From assembly GCA_002245135.1 (NCBI GenBank), contig NGBS01000011.1, forward strand, positions 124,001-170,212: DNA of 46,212 nt, in the 5' to 3' direction. The position numbers were made by a program, and so were the translations under genes. Origin of the DNA: Proteromonas lacertae (taxonomy: Eukaryota). The notes under the pieces were generated by a model. It saw nothing but the letters and a program-made list of their open reading frames with translations, was not told where the DNA came from and did no database searches. Of this stretch, positions 42,489-46,212 are shown piece by piece; the first letter of the stretch is position 1; the number at the start of each line of letters is the position of its first letter.

Positions 42489-43250
42489 AACACCTCCTGG
42501 GGATGGTAACAACGCTGACAATAGTGTTGTGAACCTAAGTCTTCAACAAGAACCACTAACATCTATCATCGATAATGATCCTGAGCTTCAACTTCAACAA
42601 TAAGAAACAGACAACTAAACATTATCTGATAATAGTCAATGTTAACAGGGTGATGTCCTTCTAAATTGCCTCCAACAACACCGAGATGTTTACCAAGTAC
42701 GATACTATGTGGCTATGGTAACTCAACAAGATCCAACCTTCCCTAAGCATCTTCAGATCATCAACGCTGCCTATGTTTCAACTCCCTGAGTAGATACTCT
42801 CAATTCAACTTTCTGGAAGAGAGGCAACATTGGTAAAGTCTTAATGTTCTTGCTAGTGATCAAGGATTCAGTTATCTATCCCGGCAAGGAAGTGTCTAGT
42901 GATGGAGCTACAAGGAGTTGCAAATCAAGGAGTTCAACAACAGTAACCTCAAATACCTCCTCAGAATCCTGAGCAACCAGCAGCTGCTTCAATGACTTCA
43001 CCATCTTCATAATTTCCTAGTACTTAAAGTCTATGTTGTTGTAAGCAAAGTCACCCAAGATAGTAGCTCCTTCCAAGTATGAGGTCATCTCTCCGATCAC
43101 CGTCCTTTAGATGATGTTCACGATACCACTTTCATTGACAGTAGCTCCTCGGCCAGTGACCATTCTCTTGCTTTGTCTATTTTGGAGATTGAATAAGCCA
43201 AAGTTGCTAAAGATGAGGAACTCGATGAAATTTTCTTCCTCTTGAACGTA
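42489..43250. pseudogene. Older GC-richer coding remnant into which element B inserted
   Basis: Broken frames on both strands (e.g. minus EEENFIEFLIFSNFGLFNLQNRQSKRMVTG..NII*RTVIGEM..FKY*EIMK). Composition resembles A/B rather than host genes. Confidence 0.45.
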
Positions 43251-43295
43251 TTATAACAACTTCTTATCTATATCAAAACCCCAACAAACATTTAA

Positions 43296-44470
43296 TTGCA
43301 TAATCTATATATGATAGATCTTTATTTTTATGTTTCTTGTATATGTTTATCTGCAATTCTGTTAGAGATTTTTAATCATAAAACACAGCCAAATGTGTAT
43401 TATTTAGAAGCAATAGAGATAAAAAAGAATTTGTATTTAACATCATACTATTATGATAGCAGATTTAAAGCGATTAGATTAATCTTATATAATTACAATA
43501 ATAGTAATATATACAATATATCATGTATATATGAATATCATAGAATAAGCCATATATGTAGAATGGAAGTATATAATAAATTAGCAGAAGATAATACATT
43601 AGTTAATATTTTAATTTTTATCACTTCTTTTCCTGTAAAAGTCGTATTAAATAACAAAGCTATAATTATTAAAAATAAAAATAAAAATGAAATTCTCAAA
43701 AAGTCAAATATTACTGTTTGTATAGGAAAGATGGTTAATTTCTCAGCATACAATATGTTGATTGAAATGATTGAATCTTATCTTTATTTTGGAGTTGATC
43801 ATTTTGTTATTTATAAAACATCTGCTTCAAAAAATGTGAGTAAAGTATTAAACTACTACCAAGAAAAGGGAGTGCTAGATATAGTTAGATGGAAAAATGA
43901 TTTTGATTTAAAGTATGCAAAGTATAAAACTTACGGTCAAAGAGTTAAAATAAACGATTGTTTCTACAAAAAACTATTATACGACTAACAATATAATAAT
44001 GACAGATTTAGATGAATTGCTTTGGCCGAATAATAAATTCACAATTATGGAAATGTTGGAAAATATTGAAAAAGTTAAGAAAAAGAAAATATGATGTATA
44101 TTATTTTCAAGAGAAAATATTTAAAAGAAATTATATACCATATTTCGATAGATTTGTTCATAACATTGAAGATTGTGATATTTTTGATTATCATGATTGT
44201 TGTGATTATACTTGGAAATGGCCTAAAATGATAATTAGAAATTTAAAAAGAATTACATCATTAAGTATTCACTGGATTACAGGAAGTTTATATAATTATA
44301 CTGAAACAAAAATCAACAGTAAAATAGGATATATAAGACATACAAGAAGAATTTATCCATATATAATTAGTGGATTAATAGGAAAATGGTCAGTTTGTGA
44401 ATCTGATATTAGAGAAGGTATAATCAAAATAAAATCACAACTTGCTAGGTTTATAATTTTAAATAATTAA
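43296..44470 (+). CDS. Glycosyltransferase family 92 (DUF23)-like protein, two frameshifts in A-runs
   Basis: N-terminal TM; ITVCI, LIEMIESYLYFGVDHFVIY, GQRVKINDCFY; a bridging frame gives IIMTDLDELLWP; then WPKMII..SIHW, YIRHTR. Confidence 0.8.
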
Positions 44471-44563
44471 AATCTATAAATATAAAATTCAATAATTAAT
44501 TTAGTACAGTGTTTTACAATAGTAATGATATACAATATTTCATAATTCTTATAAATAAACTGT

Positions 44564-45466
44564 CTAAATTTTCCATCTACTGTGATTGATTTTAGAGCTT
44601 TTATTAATATAATGTAAATATGAAGGAGGTATTTTTTCAGGATTTATATACCAGTCTGTGTGTAAAATAGAATATGGAGGCAAAGATCTATATGTATTAC
44701 CTTTAAATCTTCCAAACATAGAAGTACTTCTTCTTAATTGAAATGTTGTGTCAATATCACATTGAACTAATGAATAATATTTATTTTTCCATATTATCTC
44801 ATAATGAGTCTTAGATATTGCTTTATTTTGTTCATAAAAGAAGTAGTTGGATAGAGGATAGTAGTTTGGTAAATTGCTTACTACTATTGAAGGTCCAATA
44901 ACATCTATTCCTTTGCATCTATCAAGAATGTATATATAAAAATGTAGTATATCATAAGGAGCAGTAATTAATGAAATATCACAATCAGTTAATATATAAT
45001 ACTTAAAGTGATTAGTTTGAGTTATATTTTTAATAATAAAAGGTAATTCATTATTCACCATTTTAAACCAGTTCTTAGTTTTAAGTTTGATGAAAATGAT
45101 TTCATTTAATTCAATTAGATTTTTTAAATAGTTTTCAGTTTGTTGATAAGTTGTAAAATGATCAAGTATATATATTAATAGTTTATATTTTCTTTTTAAA
45201 TGTTTAATGTTCTTTAGCAAAATTTTAAGAGAAAATAGTCTATCTCGGCTTAGTATAAATATAGGTATAATTGAATTATAGAAATAATTATTTATTTTGC
45301 TAAAATTACATTTTAACTTGTTATATACATTAATATTTTGGTTAAATATATTTAAATATACATATTCATTATTTTGATTTACCTTTAGACTAATTTTTGG
45401 TTTGTATTCATAATTATATAATATTATAGAAAGAAATATAATATTCAATATAAAAAATATGATCAT
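44564..45466 (-). CDS. GT2/GT-A-fold glycosyltransferase, type II membrane
   Basis: N-terminal TM; IPIFILSRDR, YILDHFTTY, YYILTDCDI (DxD), IDTTF, HTDWY. Confidence 0.8.
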   Translation of the reverse strand: MIIFFILNIIFLSIILYNYEYKPKISLKVNQNNEYVYLNIFNQNINVYNKLKCNFSKINNYFYNSIIPIFILSRDRLFSLKILLKNIKHLKRKYKLLIYILDHFTTYQQTENYLKNLIELNEIIFIKLKTKNWFKMVNNELPFIIKNITQTNHFKYYILTDCDISLITAPYDILHFYIYILDRCKGIDVIGPSIVVSNLPNYYPLSNYFFYEQNKAISKTHYEIIWKNKYYSLVQCDIDTTFQLRRSTSMFGRFKGNTYRSLPPYSILHTDWYINPEKIPPSYLHYINKSSKINHSRWKI

Positions 45467-45713
45467 TATAATCAGGATACTATCAAAGTTAGCTAGGTTA
45501 AAAAGTATTATTTGGTTGTATTTCCTATTATTTTACTTTTATCTACGCTTTGTCATATTATTAATTAAGATATACAAAAATATATAAAAATATCTAATTA
45601 AGAATAATGATAATGAAATATTTGATTTTAATATTATTCTTTTCTTTGTATAGTATATTATTATATTTGTATATATCACTAATGTATATAACATATGAGT
45701 ATATTTTTATTAC

Positions 45714-46212
45714 ATGTTATTTTCAAGACGAAAGATAAATAATAGAAAAGTACATAGTTTAGAGAATTATAAAAAATGGATAGATACTTTCTTCAAGAAT
45801 GTTAAAAAGAATGTGATTGTATTTACAGACAATAGAAAATTATTACAACAATATAAACCTTTAAGAATATTTTATTACAATAGTATTGAAGAAGTTCAAT
45901 TAATATCAACAAGTCTAATCTTTATAAGTATCAAATGAAAATAGAGCCATGTGTATATGAAAGAAGTTGGAGAAGTAAAATGATATGGAATTCTAAGCTA
46001 TATTTTATGAAAATTGCAATTAATTATTACTATTCTCCAACATATATATGGATTGACATAGGATGCATGAGATACCAACAGAATTATATTAATTTACCTG
46101 ATTTAAAAAAAATAAAACAAACTATCATCTAATAATGAAATGAATTTCTTTATAACTAGAAGAAATTCATTTATTCCAGAGAAAATACTAAGTTATAAGT
46201 GCTTATATATAA
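45714..46212 (+). CDS. HtrL/YibB-like putative glycosyltransferase (fragmented or partial)
   Basis: KVHSLENYKKWI, VIVFTD, IWNSKLYFMKIAI, YIWIDIGCMR. Broken by small introns or frameshifts. Confidence 0.55.

Noticed and set aside
43970..44095. Programmed frameshifting in the GT92 gene
   Set aside because: Both shifts fall in A homopolymers, better explained by sequencing error or pseudogenisation.

Overview
AT-rich eukaryotic (protist) genomic DNA with tiny 26-31 nt GT-AG introns, plausibly a Blastocystis/Proteromonas-like stramenopile (inference). Host-type genes (partial PDR/ABCG transporter, FUT8-like, GT92, GT2, HtrL-like and another glycosyltransferase-like gene) surround nested, decaying mobile DNA. 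A Polinton/Maverick-like remnant (protein-primed PolB, putative SSB, integrase N-terminus) is split by a 16.1 kb Ginger-type transposon (TGT..ACA TIRs, integrase, Ulp1). The Ginger element contains a hydin fragment, a Tc1/mariner-type MITE and a 7.27 kb GC-richer element (A, 19640-26904). A second 7.18 kb element (B, 35305-42482) has the same termini but no visibly shared genes. Both have exact 6-bp TSDs, TATATAGTATATAAATGGGAC-type ends leading into a ~195-nt imperfect palindrome (intact in A, collapsed in B), a tRNA-like Pol III box A/box B unit, Polinton-related protein modules, and no integrase or polymerase of their own. The leading hypothesis is a previously undescribed segmented or satellite Polinton-like virus system with hairpin-ended ~7 kb segments. 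No capsid, packaging ATPase, rRNA or CRISPR was recognised.
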